From Candidatus Bipolaricaulia bacterium (GTDB taxonomy: Bacteria > Bipolaricaulota > Bipolaricaulia > RBG-16-55-9 > DRXL01): 61,359 nucleotides of DNA. A model generated the notes under the pieces. That model was not told where the DNA came from, made no database searches, and saw nothing but the letters and a program-made list of their open reading frames with translations. Position numbers and translations under genes: made by a program. This document shows, piece by piece, positions 31,257 to 41,435 of the stretch. The stretch spans positions 1 to 61,359 of the forward strand of contig JBKBIX010000001.1 in the NCBI GenBank assembly GCA_046293845.1. The letters run 5' to 3'. Each line of letters opens with the position of its first letter. Within the stretch, counting starts at the first letter, position 1.

Positions 31257-33375
31257 ACCTTAGGACGGTTATAGTTACCGCCGGCCTTCGCTAGGGCTTC
31301 AGTTTGGGGCGTAAACCCCTCCCCTTAACCTTCCAGCAGTGGCCAGGTCTCACACCCTATACGTCCTCTTTCGAGTTAGCAGGGTGCTGTGTTTTTGATA
31401 AACAGTCTCCCCAGCCTGCTCTCTGCGGCCCCCTCGGACATCGCTGCCCTACACGGGGCCTCCCTTCTTGCGAACGTACGGGAGCATTTTGCCGAGTTCC
31501 TTGACCATGGTTCTCTCGCCCACCTGAGCATACTCTGCCCGCCTACCTGTGTCGGATTGCGGTACGGGCTCTGTGCGGCTCCCTAGAGGCTTTTCTCGGC
31601 ACCTGATCGCTCTTCCTTCGGTCCCGTAGGACCTCCGTCTCGGCTCGACTTAACCCGGCTGCGGATTTGCCTACAGCCGGACGCCTCGCCTGTGACACGG
31701 GCACATCCGTCCGCCCGCTGAAGCGACCTGATGCACTTCCCCTTGGTCACCGCCGCACAGAGGGGCCGGAATATTAACCGGCTCTCCATCGCCTACCCCT
31801 TGCGGGTTGAGCTTAGGGCCGCCTAACCCTGGGTGGATGAGCCTTCCCCAGGAACCCTGAGGCATACGGTGGGTGAGTTTCTCGCTCACCTCGCGCTACT
31901 CATTCCTGCATTCTCTCTTCCGCTTCGTCCGCCGTGGCTTGCGCCACGACTTCGGCCTAAGGCGGAATGCTCCTCTACCGCCAGGCTTCGCCTGGACCAT
32001 ACATCGTGCCGCCTGAAGGCGGCACGGCGCACAGTCCAGACGGAGTCTGGCCCGTGGCTTCGGCGCCGAGCTTAACTCCCGCTGAATCTTGGGCGCACTC
32101 TCGCTCGACTGGTGAGCTATTACGCACTCTTTAAAGGATGGCTGCTTCTAAGCCAACCTCCCAGCTGTCTGAGCAAAAGCACATCCTTCCTGACTTAGCT
32201 CGGTCTTTGGGGCCTTAGCCGACGATCTGGGCCGTTTCCCCCTCGACGATAAAGGTTATCCCCTACCGTCTGACTCCCGGCAGGTACGCCGTGGTATTCG
32301 GAGTTTGGTTGGAATTGGGTTGCCCCGCATCCATCCAGTGGCTCTACCCCCACGGCTTAACTGCCGAGGCTAGTCCCAAAACTATTTCGAGGAGAACAAG
32401 CTATCACCGAGGCCCGTCTGGCTTTTCACCGCTACCCACGACTCATCCCAGAACTATTCCACGTTCACGGGTTCGGCCCTCCACGTGGTGTTACCCACGC
32501 TTCAGCCTGGTCATGGGTAGATCGCCCGGCTTCGTGCCTACCGCACGTGACTGATCGCCCTGTTCGGACTCGCTTTCGCTGCGGCTGCGCCCCACTGACG
32601 AGGCTTAGCCTGTGCCACGCACGGTAGCTCGCAGGATCATACTGCAAAAGGCATGCCGTCAGGCCGCCGGCTCTGTCGTTGGGCATCTTGCGACGCCCAG
32701 GACAAAGGGTCGGCGGGACCCTCCGACTGTCTGTGAGCGGATGGTTTCAGGTTCTGTTTCACTCCCCTTCCGGGGTTCTTTTCACCTTTCCCTTGCGGTA
32801 CTAGTCCACTATCGGTCAGCTGGTAGTATTTAGCCTTGGAAGGTGGTCCTCCCAGCTTCACGCCGTAACACGGGTACGACGCTACTTAGGAACGGCCCAC
32901 AGTCGCTTGTCCTTTCGCCTACGGGACTATCACCCTCTCTGGTCGCTCTTTCCAGTGACTTTACTAGCTGTTCGGCTAGGACTCACGAATCTGTATGATG
33001 GGCCGCCCTGCAACCCCCTTCTATAGAGATAGAAGGGTTTAGGCTGTTCCGCGTTCGCTCGCCGCTACTGACGGAATCTCCAAAGCCATCTCCCCTGCCC
33101 TCTTACTAAGAGTGCAGAAGAGATAGCTTTGTATCTTTTGATTTCTTTTCCTCGGGGTACTGAGATGCTTCACTTCCCCCGGTTCGCCTCTCTCCCTTAT
33201 GGATTGGGGGAGAGATACCGCACCTTCCGTGCGGTGGGTTTACCCCATTCGGAGATCCGCGGATCAACGCCTGCTCGACGGCTCCCCGCGGCTTATCGCA
33301 GTCTGCCACGTCCTTCATCGCCTCCAGCTGCCAAGGCATCCACCATCCGCCCGTACTGAGTTTGCGCGATGTGAT

Positions 33376-33392
33376 GCACTCTATTCACTTTT
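33376..33392 (-). other. 5' half of the pre-23S processing stem
   Basis: GCACTCTATTCACTTTT is complementary to 29587-29603. Confidence 0.6.
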
Positions 33393-33437
33393 CAAGGATC
33401 GAAACGAACGCCCATGTCCCGAGCGTGGGGTGCACGT

Positions 33438-33466
33438 ATTATAACACGGAGGGGAGAGATTGTCAA
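33438..33466 (-). promoter_or_regulatory. Consensus sigma-70 promoter of the 23S-5S operon
   Basis: The minus strand reads TTGACA (33466-33461), a 17-nt spacer, TATAAT (33443-33438), about 65 nt upstream of the mature 23S 5' end. Confidence 0.6.
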
Positions 33467-33516
33467 GGCGATGCACGGCATCGCCACTCCTCTGATCTGA
33501 AGCGCTCTTTACGCGA

Positions 33517-33903
33517 CTAGCTCCCAGAAGAACTGTTGTGAGGATCACCGTCCTCGTCAAGTCGCACTGGGGCGTCTCCCCACAGCCCTTCTAAATCATA
33601 GAAGCGTCGCAGCTCCTTCTGAAAGATATGCACAATGACGTCCCCGTAGTCTAACACGATCCAATTTTTGGACTCCCACCCCTCAGAACGCACCACTTGG
33701 TGGGGGAGCTTCTCTAAAATATTGTCGGCGATCGCTTTGACGTGCTTGGGGTTGTCCCCGTGCGTAATAACAAAGAAGTCTGTGGGGATGGAAAACCCGC
33801 GCATGTCTAAAATCACGGTCTCCTCGCCCTTCTTCTCCGCGATGAGCGCGAGGAGCTCCCGCAGGGTCTTCTCCGTATCGAGTTCGAGAGCTGGAAGCTT
33901 CAT
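33517..33903 (-). CDS. rsfS: Ribosome silencing factor
   Basis: Motifs FVITHGDNPKHVKAIADNI, WIVLDYGDVIVHIF and R.FYDLE.LW. Confidence 0.9.
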   Translation of the reverse strand: MKLPALELDTEKTLRELLALIAEKKGEETVILDMRGFSIPTDFFVITHGDNPKHVKAIADNILEKLPHQVVRSEGWESKNWIVLDYGDVIVHIFQKELRRFYDLEGLWGDAPVRLDEDGDPHNSSSGS

Positions 33904-33909
33904 TATTAT

Positions 33910-35157
33910 TTATTTTTCAGATACTTGAAAGTCCTGTCCCAAGATGATGATCGCATCGGCTCCGTCACCAGTGACCCCCTTAGCCGCTAACCCCTTCATC
34001 GTTGCAGAAAGCTCTTCCGGCTTCACGACTTTAAAGAGACTGCGCAGGCTCCGCTCCCGCAACAGCTCGATCTTCTTAGGATCGCTCGTTATATCTATAA
34101 TATAGCTTTGTGCGTAGTCGAATCGGTCTGCGTTGCCCGTGTAGACTATCGAAAAACCCTCGGTGCGCAGCAGTTCGCTGACACGACGCGCTACCCCTGT
34201 CATCCCGGAGCCGTTTAATACTTTGACGCGCACCTCGTCGGCAGTGACGACATCGAGTCCGCGCAGCATCTTATTGACTAATTGTGCTGTGCGCACGGGA
34301 TCCGGCTCGAGGTAGCAGCCGCCCTCTTTGGCGGACTTGCAGACGGACTCCCCCGGGATCTGCTTGATCTGGACTTGCTCGGGGCGCAGATTCTGTAATC
34401 TCTCCGCCAAGCGATACAGCGAGACCGGCGCTAAATTCGTCTCGATATATTGCTGCGCTGTCGTGATCATCTGCTGGAGATTCTTGAGAGACTTGTCGCG
34501 CATCCCCTGGCGCAGCAGGGCCTCCAAGAGCTGCTTCTGGCGCTGCAACCGGCCTAAATCCCCCGTGGCGGTATCTCTATAGCGTATATACCCCAGCGCC
34601 ATCTTCCCGTTGAGCTTTTGTGTTCCAGCGGCGATGTCAATGGGGGGCTTCGTCTTGTCGTCCTTGAGCGGCTTTTCGACGGTCAGGGTCACGCCGCCCA
34701 TGAGATCGACGAGCTTTTCGAAGCCGTCGTAATTGATCACGATATAGTAGTTGATCTCTAGGCCCAAGAAAGTGGAGATGACTCTCCGCGCGAGCTCCGC
34801 GCCGCCGAACGCATACGCTGCGTTGACTTTTTCTACGCGCCCGTCGGGGAATTTCACGTGGGTGTCGCGGGGGATTGCTAAGAGCCGGACATCGCCCTCA
34901 CGCAGGCTCGCCACGAAGATCGTATCACTGCGTTGCGCTGTGGCGTTGGGCACATAGTCCAACCCCAAGACTAACACATGGACACGCTCAGCCAGGGGAG
35001 GGGCAGCAACCCGGCTCTTGTACCACCAGTAGCCCGCCGTACTGACAGCGATAGAAACAACTAAGAGAAAGCTCAGAGCAAGAATGCGACGTCGCTGTTC
35101 TACTTGTCTTCTTCGACTGCGGATCACATTCACCTCATCAGCGTAAGAGTAGCGCAA
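33910..35157 (-). CDS. LCP (LytR-CpsA-Psr) family protein with C-terminal LytR_C domain
   Basis: N-terminal TM helix and LCP core motifs (LVLGLD, RSDTIFVASL, AIPRDT). The C-terminal segment VKVLNGSGMTGVARRV matches LytR_C. Confidence 0.85.
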   Translation of the reverse strand: MRYSYADEVNVIRSRRRQVEQRRRILALSFLLVVSIAVSTAGYWWYKSRVAAPPLAERVHVLVLGLDYVPNATAQRSDTIFVASLREGDVRLLAIPRDTHVKFPDGRVEKVNAAYAFGGAELARRVISTFLGLEINYYIVINYDGFEKLVDLMGGVTLTVEKPLKDDKTKPPIDIAAGTQKLNGKMALGYIRYRDTATGDLGRLQRQKQLLEALLRQGMRDKSLKNLQQMITTAQQYIETNLAPVSLYRLAERLQNLRPEQVQIKQIPGESVCKSAKEGGCYLEPDPVRTAQLVNKMLRGLDVVTADEVRVKVLNGSGMTGVARRVSELLRTEGFSIVYTGNADRFDYAQSYIIDITSDPKKIELLRERSLRSLFKVVKPEELSATMKGLAAKGVTGDGADAIIILGQDFQVSEK

Positions 35158-35341
35158 GTCACGTTCAAAGTCAACCCCCCTTCCTAGAAATTTGTCCTGA
35201 CAAGGGGGGGAACTTTGTCCCGCGCAGAGAATATATATTTCAGTAAGCTAAGCAGTAAGCTCGGGACGCCCAAGGTTCCTCGCAGTCTGCTATAATATAT
35301 AGTAGTGGGGCTACAAGCCCTACAACAGGAGGTGACAGGCA

Positions 35342-37408
35342 GTGGAAAGCATCGTGCGCGAGATCACGCGAGAACTCAGAGAGTCCCAAGTCCGTGATAA
35401 GTATCGTCCCATTCCGTTCGACGAGTATCTCAGGATGGTCTTCGAGGATCCGCGCTTGGTGCGCAATGCGTACCAGCGTCTCTATGATATGATCCTCAGC
35501 CACGGCACACATATCGCCAAGGTTCACGATAAAGAAGTCATTCGGTATAACTTCTTCGACGACCCCTTCAACAAGGGCGAGGACGCGATCTACGGCATTG
35601 ACGAAGCCCTCAAGAATTTAGTAGATACGCTCAACGCTGCGGCCAAGGGGCTTGGGCCTGACCGCCGTGTGATACTGTTGCACGGGCCGGTGGCCACCAG
35701 CAAGTCTACGATTGGGCGGCTCTTCCGCCGCGGGCTAGAAGAGTATTCGAAGACCGACGACGGGCGGCTCTACACGTTCGAATGGGACGTCTCCGACTTC
35801 GACGACGAGCCGATAGACGTTGTCCCCTGCCCGATCTTCGAGGAGCCTCTGCGGCTCATTCCGCCCGAGCCACGCCAAAAGATCCTCACTGAGATCAACC
35901 GTATCTTCAAAGAGAAGTACCACGGGGAGTACGAGCTGCGCGTCGAGGGCGATCTCTGCCCCAAGTGTCGCTTCTATTTTAATCGCTTCATGCGCTTCTA
36001 TGAAGACGATTTAGAGAAAGTCCTCAAACACGTCACCGTGCGCAGGCTCATCTTGAGCGAGAAGGACCGCCGGGGCATCGCCACGTTCGAGCCCAAAGAC
36101 AAGAAGAACCAAGACGAAGAGGAGCTGACCGGCGGCATGAATTGGCGGCTTGTCCAAGTCTACGGCAGCGACTCTGATCCACGAGCGTTTAATTACGATG
36201 GGGAGCTGTGTGTCGCCAACCGTGGGATCTTTGACGGGGAAGAGTTGCTCAAGCTCCAAGAAGAGTTTCTCTATGACTTCTTGCACGCCACCCAAGAGCA
36301 CGTGATCAAGCCCAAGAAGAACCCGCGCATTGACATTGACACAGTTATTCTGGGGCGCACCAACAACCCCGAATATAAACGGGTCAAGAGCAACGAGAAG
36401 ATGGAGGCGTTCAACGACCGCACGCGCAAGATCGATATCCCTTATGTCTTGCGCAAGTCCGACGAAGAGCGCATCTACAGAAAATTCTTCGGCAAGAACC
36501 GTGTGTGGGGCAAGCACATCGCGCCGCATACGTTAGAGATGGCAGCGCTCTGGGCGGTGCTCACACGATTAGAAGAACCAAACGCGGACATCTCGCTCCT
36601 GCAAAAAGCCAAAATCTATGACGGGGAGTCCATCCCTAATCGCACCGTGGACATCAAGAAGATCATGGAGGAGGCCAAGGGCGAAGAGGGCTTCTTCGGC
36701 GTCAGTCCACGCTACGTGATCGATATGATCAGTAAAGCGTTGGTGAACGACGTCGAGGGATGTATCAATCCCTATCGCGTGCTGGCGACGCTGGAGGACA
36801 ATCTCCCACATCATTCCGGCATCGACGAGAACCGTATCGAAGAGTACAAAGAGTACATTGAGCAAGTCAAGGAAGAGCTGTCGGCGATCTGTCAAGAGGA
36901 AGTCCGGCGCGTCATCAGTCATGACCCCGATGAGCTGCGCCAGGTCGGGCAGAAGTATTTAGATCACGTCATGGCCTACCTCAATGACGAAAAAGTCGAG
37001 GATCGCTATACGGGGGAGGAGATGGAGCCGGACGAAGAATTTATGAGATCTATTGAGAAGCAGATCGGGATCACAGAAGCCCAGAAGGACGACTTCAGAC
37101 AGGAGATTTCCAACTGGATCAGCGAGCGTGCCCGCAAGGGCGAGCCATTCAACCCTGAACAGAACGACCGCTTAAGAAGGGCTTTGGAGAAGAAGCTCTG
37201 GGAGGACAAGAAGCACAATATTAACTTCACGGCGATGGTCAGCGACAAGACGACCGACCCGGAGCACAAGCGGCGCAAGGCCGAGTGGATCGAGCGTCTC
37301 AAGAGCGAGTACGGCTACTGCGACGTCTGCGCGGAGAACGTGATTGACTACGCGGGCGCGGAGGTCGCTCGCGAAGAGCTTGAAGCTCGCGAGAGCCGCA
37401 TGCCGTAA
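35342..37408 (+). CDS. prkA: PrkA family serine protein kinase (AAA+-like N-terminal domain)
   Basis: 688 aa with Walker A-like LHGPVATSKST and PrkA-type C-terminal domains. AGGAGGTGA RBS before GTG 35342. Confidence 0.9.
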   Translation: MESIVREITRELRESQVRDKYRPIPFDEYLRMVFEDPRLVRNAYQRLYDMILSHGTHIAKVHDKEVIRYNFFDDPFNKGEDAIYGIDEALKNLVDTLNAAAKGLGPDRRVILLHGPVATSKSTIGRLFRRGLEEYSKTDDGRLYTFEWDVSDFDDEPIDVVPCPIFEEPLRLIPPEPRQKILTEINRIFKEKYHGEYELRVEGDLCPKCRFYFNRFMRFYEDDLEKVLKHVTVRRLILSEKDRRGIATFEPKDKKNQDEEELTGGMNWRLVQVYGSDSDPRAFNYDGELCVANRGIFDGEELLKLQEEFLYDFLHATQEHVIKPKKNPRIDIDTVILGRTNNPEYKRVKSNEKMEAFNDRTRKIDIPYVLRKSDEERIYRKFFGKNRVWGKHIAPHTLEMAALWAVLTRLEEPNADISLLQKAKIYDGESIPNRTVDIKKIMEEAKGEEGFFGVSPRYVIDMISKALVNDVEGCINPYRVLATLEDNLPHHSGIDENRIEEYKEYIEQVKEELSAICQEEVRRVISHDPDELRQVGQKYLDHVMAYLNDEKVEDRYTGEEMEPDEEFMRSIEKQIGITEAQKDDFRQEISNWISERARKGEPFNPEQNDRLRRALEKKLWEDKKHNINFTAMVSDKTTDPEHKRRKAEWIERLKSEYGYCDVCAENVIDYAGAEVAREELEARESRMP

Positions 37409-37462
37409 CCTCCCTCCCCATTCCCCTCTCCCCTCCGAGGGAGAGGGGCAAGGGGTGAGGGA
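37409..37462. repeat. REP-like palindromic element between prkA and yeaH
   Basis: CCCCTCTCCCCTCCGAGGGAGAGGGGCAAGGGGTGAGGG, nearly identical to the core of the 60160 copy. Confidence 0.75.
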
Positions 37463-37475
37463 GTAGAGCCCGGGA

Positions 37476-38603
37476 GTGATATTAAGTATGCCCAAGCGCA
37501 TCTTGAAGGACTTAGAGCGCTTTAAGAGAATTGTGCGCGGGGAGATCCGCAAGAACCTCAAGGAGCTTATTGAGACCGGCTCGATTGTTGGGCAGAAGGG
37601 CGGAGATATCGTCAGAGTCCCCCTGAAGTCTATTCGCATCCCGCAATTTCGCTATGACCCACACGAGCAGGGGGGTATCGGCGTGGGCGAGGGCGAGATC
37701 GGCGAGCCGATTCAGTTCGATCCCACGCACAGTGGAGACGGCCAAGCAGGCTACGGGCCGGGGCCGCACTTCCGCGAGGTCGAGATCGAAGTCCGCGAGC
37801 TTGCTGAAATCTTGGGCGAAGAGCTGGAGCTGCCCAAGATCGAGCCCAAGGGCCATAAACACGTGCTCAGCGGGAGCGAAGAGTATGAAGACGTCTCGAC
37901 CGTCGGCCCTGAAGCCTTGCTCATGAAGCGCCGGGCCTTTCGGCGGGGGCTGCTGCGCCAGATGCTCATGGGCGCGCCCCTGCGCCCCTCTGATACTGTT
38001 ATCGTTACCCCAATCAAGGAAGACATGCGCTATCTCTACGGCGTTCCCACAGAATCCCCGGAAGCTAATTGCGCCATACTCTTTATGAGGGACGCTTCGG
38101 GGTCTATGTCTGGGGAAAAGACCGAGATCATCCGCCAAGAGAATTGGTGGATCGATCTATGGTTGCGCACCAACTATAAGAACGTGGACAGGGTCTATAT
38201 CTTGCACGACTACGAAGCCCAAGAAGTGAACGAAGATGACTTTTATAGCTTAAGCACCGGTGGGGGCACGCGCATTAGCTCGGCCTATGAGCTGTGCAAC
38301 CGTATTATTGATCGGCGCTACCCCCCAGAGCACTGGAATATCTATGCGTTTCACTTCAGCGATGGGGAGAACTGGATCGGCGACACAGAGAACGCGTGTG
38401 TCCCAATCTTGCGCGATCACCTGCTCCCCAAGGTCAACCTCTTCTGCTATGGGCAAGTAACATTAGGGCGGCGCTCGCCCGGGCTGCACCTTATCAAACT
38501 CAAAGAGCGCCTCGAAGAGCATGACCGTCTGGTCACGTCGATCATCTCGGATCGCGAAGATATTTTACAGTCCATCAAAGAGTTCTTGGGCAAGGGACGG
38601 TAG
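37476..38603 (+). CDS. yeaH: YeaH/YhbH family protein (DUF444, vWA-like)
   Basis: 375 aa with a conserved C-terminal vWA-like region MRDASGSMSGEK...GGGT. The start could be GTG 37476 or ATG 37488. Confidence 0.85.
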   Translation: MILSMPKRILKDLERFKRIVRGEIRKNLKELIETGSIVGQKGGDIVRVPLKSIRIPQFRYDPHEQGGIGVGEGEIGEPIQFDPTHSGDGQAGYGPGPHFREVEIEVRELAEILGEELELPKIEPKGHKHVLSGSEEYEDVSTVGPEALLMKRRAFRRGLLRQMLMGAPLRPSDTVIVTPIKEDMRYLYGVPTESPEANCAILFMRDASGSMSGEKTEIIRQENWWIDLWLRTNYKNVDRVYILHDYEAQEVNEDDFYSLSTGGGTRISSAYELCNRIIDRRYPPEHWNIYAFHFSDGENWIGDTENACVPILRDHLLPKVNLFCYGQVTLGRRSPGLHLIKLKERLEEHDRLVTSIISDREDILQSIKEFLGKGR

Positions 38604-38606
38604 AGC

Positions 38607-41435
38607 ATGATCGGAGCAAAGAAGATCCGTGAGCTTGAGAAACTGCGCGCTGAGGCACGGCGCTTGGTCGAGTCAGTCGGGCTTGACCCCTGGCCGGTGA
38701 TCTTTGGGATTGTAGACCACGACCAGCTCAACGAATACTCTGCCTATGACGGGTTTCCCGAACGCTTCCCCCACTGGTCGTTCGGCATGAGCTATGACTA
38801 TTTCAGAAAGCGTTCGGCGTATTCGGGCTGGTGGACCTATGAGCTGGTGCTGAACACCAACCCGGCTATTGCGTACCTGCGCGAGAGCAACTCCCCTGTA
38901 GAGAACAAAGGGGTGATGATTCACGTCTACGCCCATGTGGACTTCTTCAAGCACAATCGCTGGTTTTCTAAAACCCCTCAAGATATGATTAAAATTATGC
39001 ACACCCACGCCGAACGCATCGAAGAGTATATGAACAAATACGGCATCACTGAAGTCGAATCTTTCATAGACAAGGCGCTCTCGTTGCAGTACGAGATCGA
39101 TCAGTATGCGCCGTTCATCAAGCGTTCGTGGAATCGGGCAGATGTTGAAGAGGATGAGCGCGAGCGGGAGCCAGCGCGCATCCCGGTCAAGCGGGACTAT
39201 ATGGATCGCTTCGTCAATCCTCCGCAATGGCTGGAGGAGCGTCGCGCGAGATTGAAGCAGGCCCGTGAGAAGGCCCGCAAGCTCCGCGATGAAGCCGATT
39301 TAGTCAAACCCCAGAAAGATCTCTTGGGCTTCTTAATGAAGCACGGGCACTTAGAGAACTGGCAAAAAGATATCTTGGCGATGATTCGCGAGGAGTCGTA
39401 CTACTTTGTCCCGCAGATCCAAACGAAGGTCATGAATGAAGGATGGGCCTGCGTCGTCGCGGGCACGCTCGTGTTCACCAACCATGGGCTCGTTCCCATC
39501 GAAGAGATCGTGACAGAGCACAAGACACTGTGGGTCAGTGACGGGGAGCGCTTGAGGAAGATCTATGACTGGGCACGGTTCCCCAATCGGGAGATCATCA
39601 AGCTGCGCACACGGCGCGGCTTAGTGCTCGCTGGCTCGGTTACCCATCAAATTCTCATGGCCGATGGGACGTGGAAGTGCCTTGATGAGGTGAAGATCGG
39701 TGAGAAGATACGGCTGGGAGCAGGCTTGGGCACCTGGGCTCCTCGCTATCTATCCCTGCACTGGACTCCTTCCCAGCGCCTGACCATGCGAGACGTAGCA
39801 GAGCGAGCGGGTGTCTCCGTAGACACAGTGATCCGCTACCGCCGTGGCTGGGCCGTCCGCAACCCTACAGCAATAGCAGCAGTCCTGGCGTTGTATGAAG
39901 AGTCCATAACTGCTGCGGTGCAACAGCATCGCTCCCCCATCCGCGTCCCACCGGTCTTGAATGAAGACCTTGCTGCGTTTTTGGGATATATAGTTGGAGA
40001 TGGGCACATGAGCCGGGTCAAGCGTGTCGTCGGCTTTACCAGCGGGGACTTCGAGCAAGCACAGCGATTCAAGGAATTGGGCCAACGACTCTTCGGCCTA
40101 GCTGGGCGGCTCCAGCGCGATGGTGGGCGCTGGCGAGTCTTGTTCTACTCGCTCAATCTCGTAGATTTTCTGGAATATCTTGGGGTGAAAGTCGGTCGCT
40201 CAGCCCCAGTGAAGGAGATCCCCCCTCTGATCTTGCGCTCCCCCGCCTCGGTCGTCGCAGCGTTTGTGCGCGCCTATTTCGATTGCGATGCCCATGCTGG
40301 CCCTCAAGGGATCATCCTCTCGACCACAAGCGAGTCTTTAGCTCACGTCACTCAACTGATCTTGCTCAACTTTGGGGTGCTATCGCGCCAACGTCGCCAG
40401 AGAGACGGCACCTGGCATCTCCATATTGCAGGGCGCTCAGCGATGGCCTTTCAGGAAAGAATTGGTTTCGGTTTGGAGCGCAAGCGCCAGGCACTCTCGG
40501 ATTATCTCAATGCTCACCGGTTCTTCAAACGAGAGGTCTGGGAAGATGAGATCGTCGCTCTCGAGCGAGGCTACGCCGATGTCTATGACATCTCCGTAGA
40601 AGGTTCTCACAAGTATGCCGCTGCTGGCTTGATCAACCATAACAGCTACTGGCAATCGAAGCTCATGGCCGAGTTCGCCAAGCCCGATGAGTTCATAGAT
40701 CACGCGGACATGATGAGCAAGGTCTTAGCAGGGGGTGCGCTCAACCCCTACGCCCTAGGCAAGCTCATCTGGGAAGACATTAAAGAGCGGTGGGACAAGG
40801 GGCGCTTCGGGCGCGACTGGGAACTGTGTAAAGACCCGCAAAAGAAGAAGAGATGGGACACCAAAGCTCATCTTGGGACAGAAAAAATCTTCGAAGTCCG
40901 GCGCACTTATAATGACGTCACGTTCTTGGCGGAGTTCTTCACAGAAGAGCTGTTTGAAAAGCTCAAACTCTTCGCGTATGAGTATATCCCCGAGACGGGG
41001 GCATATCATATCACGTCGCGGGATTTTGCCGACGTCAAGAAGAAGTTGCTCTTCCAGCACACCAATCTTGGGCGCCCCGTGATCAAGATCGCCACAGGCA
41101 ACTATGGCAACAGGGGCGAACTCTTGCTCTTGCACATGTATAATGGCGTGGGCTTGCACCTGGAGGAAGCCAAAGAAGTCCTCAAGAATATATATTCTAT
41201 GTGGGGCCGGCCGGTCAATCTCAAGACGATCATCAAGAGAAAAGTGAAAGACCCTGACCCCACGCGCAATCGCATCCATCCGGAGCGCCCGCTGACATCT
41301 GTCTATGAGGAGCAAGGGGTCTTGTTGCGCTACGACGGGGAGAGCCTGCGCGAGCTGGCCCTCAGCCCCGACGAAGTGAAAGACATCCGTCTGGAAGAAG
41401 ACTACAGTACGATCCCCAGGGAGTGGATCGGCTAA
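38607..41435 (+). CDS. spoVR: SpoVR family protein containing a 398-aa intein (extein 544 aa)
   Basis: SpoVR-like N- and C-terminal regions. The conserved QTKVMNEGWA / SYWQSKLM motif is interrupted by an insertion that begins with C and ends in HN. Confidence 0.9.
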   Translation: MIGAKKIRELEKLRAEARRLVESVGLDPWPVIFGIVDHDQLNEYSAYDGFPERFPHWSFGMSYDYFRKRSAYSGWWTYELVLNTNPAIAYLRESNSPVENKGVMIHVYAHVDFFKHNRWFSKTPQDMIKIMHTHAERIEEYMNKYGITEVESFIDKALSLQYEIDQYAPFIKRSWNRADVEEDEREREPARIPVKRDYMDRFVNPPQWLEERRARLKQAREKARKLRDEADLVKPQKDLLGFLMKHGHLENWQKDILAMIREESYYFVPQIQTKVMNEGWACVVAGTLVFTNHGLVPIEEIVTEHKTLWVSDGERLRKIYDWARFPNREIIKLRTRRGLVLAGSVTHQILMADGTWKCLDEVKIGEKIRLGAGLGTWAPRYLSLHWTPSQRLTMRDVAERAGVSVDTVIRYRRGWAVRNPTAIAAVLALYEESITAAVQQHRSPIRVPPVLNEDLAAFLGYIVGDGHMSRVKRVVGFTSGDFEQAQRFKELGQRLFGLAGRLQRDGGRWRVLFYSLNLVDFLEYLGVKVGRSAPVKEIPPLILRSPASVVAAFVRAYFDCDAHAGPQGIILSTTSESLAHVTQLILLNFGVLSRQRRQRDGTWHLHIAGRSAMAFQERIGFGLERKRQALSDYLNAHRFFKREVWEDEIVALERGYADVYDISVEGSHKYAAAGLINHNSYWQSKLMAEFAKPDEFIDHADMMSKVLAGGALNPYALGKLIWEDIKERWDKGRFGRDWELCKDPQKKKRWDTKAHLGTEKIFEVRRTYNDVTFLAEFFTEELFEKLKLFAYEYIPETGAYHITSRDFADVKKKLLFQHTNLGRPVIKIATGNYGNRGELLLLHMYNGVGLHLEEAKEVLKNIYSMWGRPVNLKTIIKRKVKDPDPTRNRIHPERPLTSVYEEQGVLLRYDGESLRELALSPDEVKDIRLEEDYSTIPREWIG
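39450..40643 (+). mobile_element. Intein with LAGLIDADG homing-endonuclease domain in SpoVR
   Basis: Block A CVVAGTLVF, block B GSVTHQIL, LAGLIDADG motifs LAAFLGYIVGDGHM and VAAFVRAYFDCDAH, block F VYDISVEGSHKYAA, block G GLINHN, followed by +1 Ser. Confidence 0.9.

Noticed and set aside
36011-36529. Long antisense ORFs opposite real genes: 36011-36529, 37512-38138, 38673-39227, 40755-41315, 45532-46134, 46763-47332, 5546-6103, 28102-28689, 22533-23069, 41545-42129
   Set aside because: These are typical GC-rich shadow ORFs. They are Arg/Ala/Pro-rich with no motifs, and each lies entirely opposite a gene with clear family signatures.
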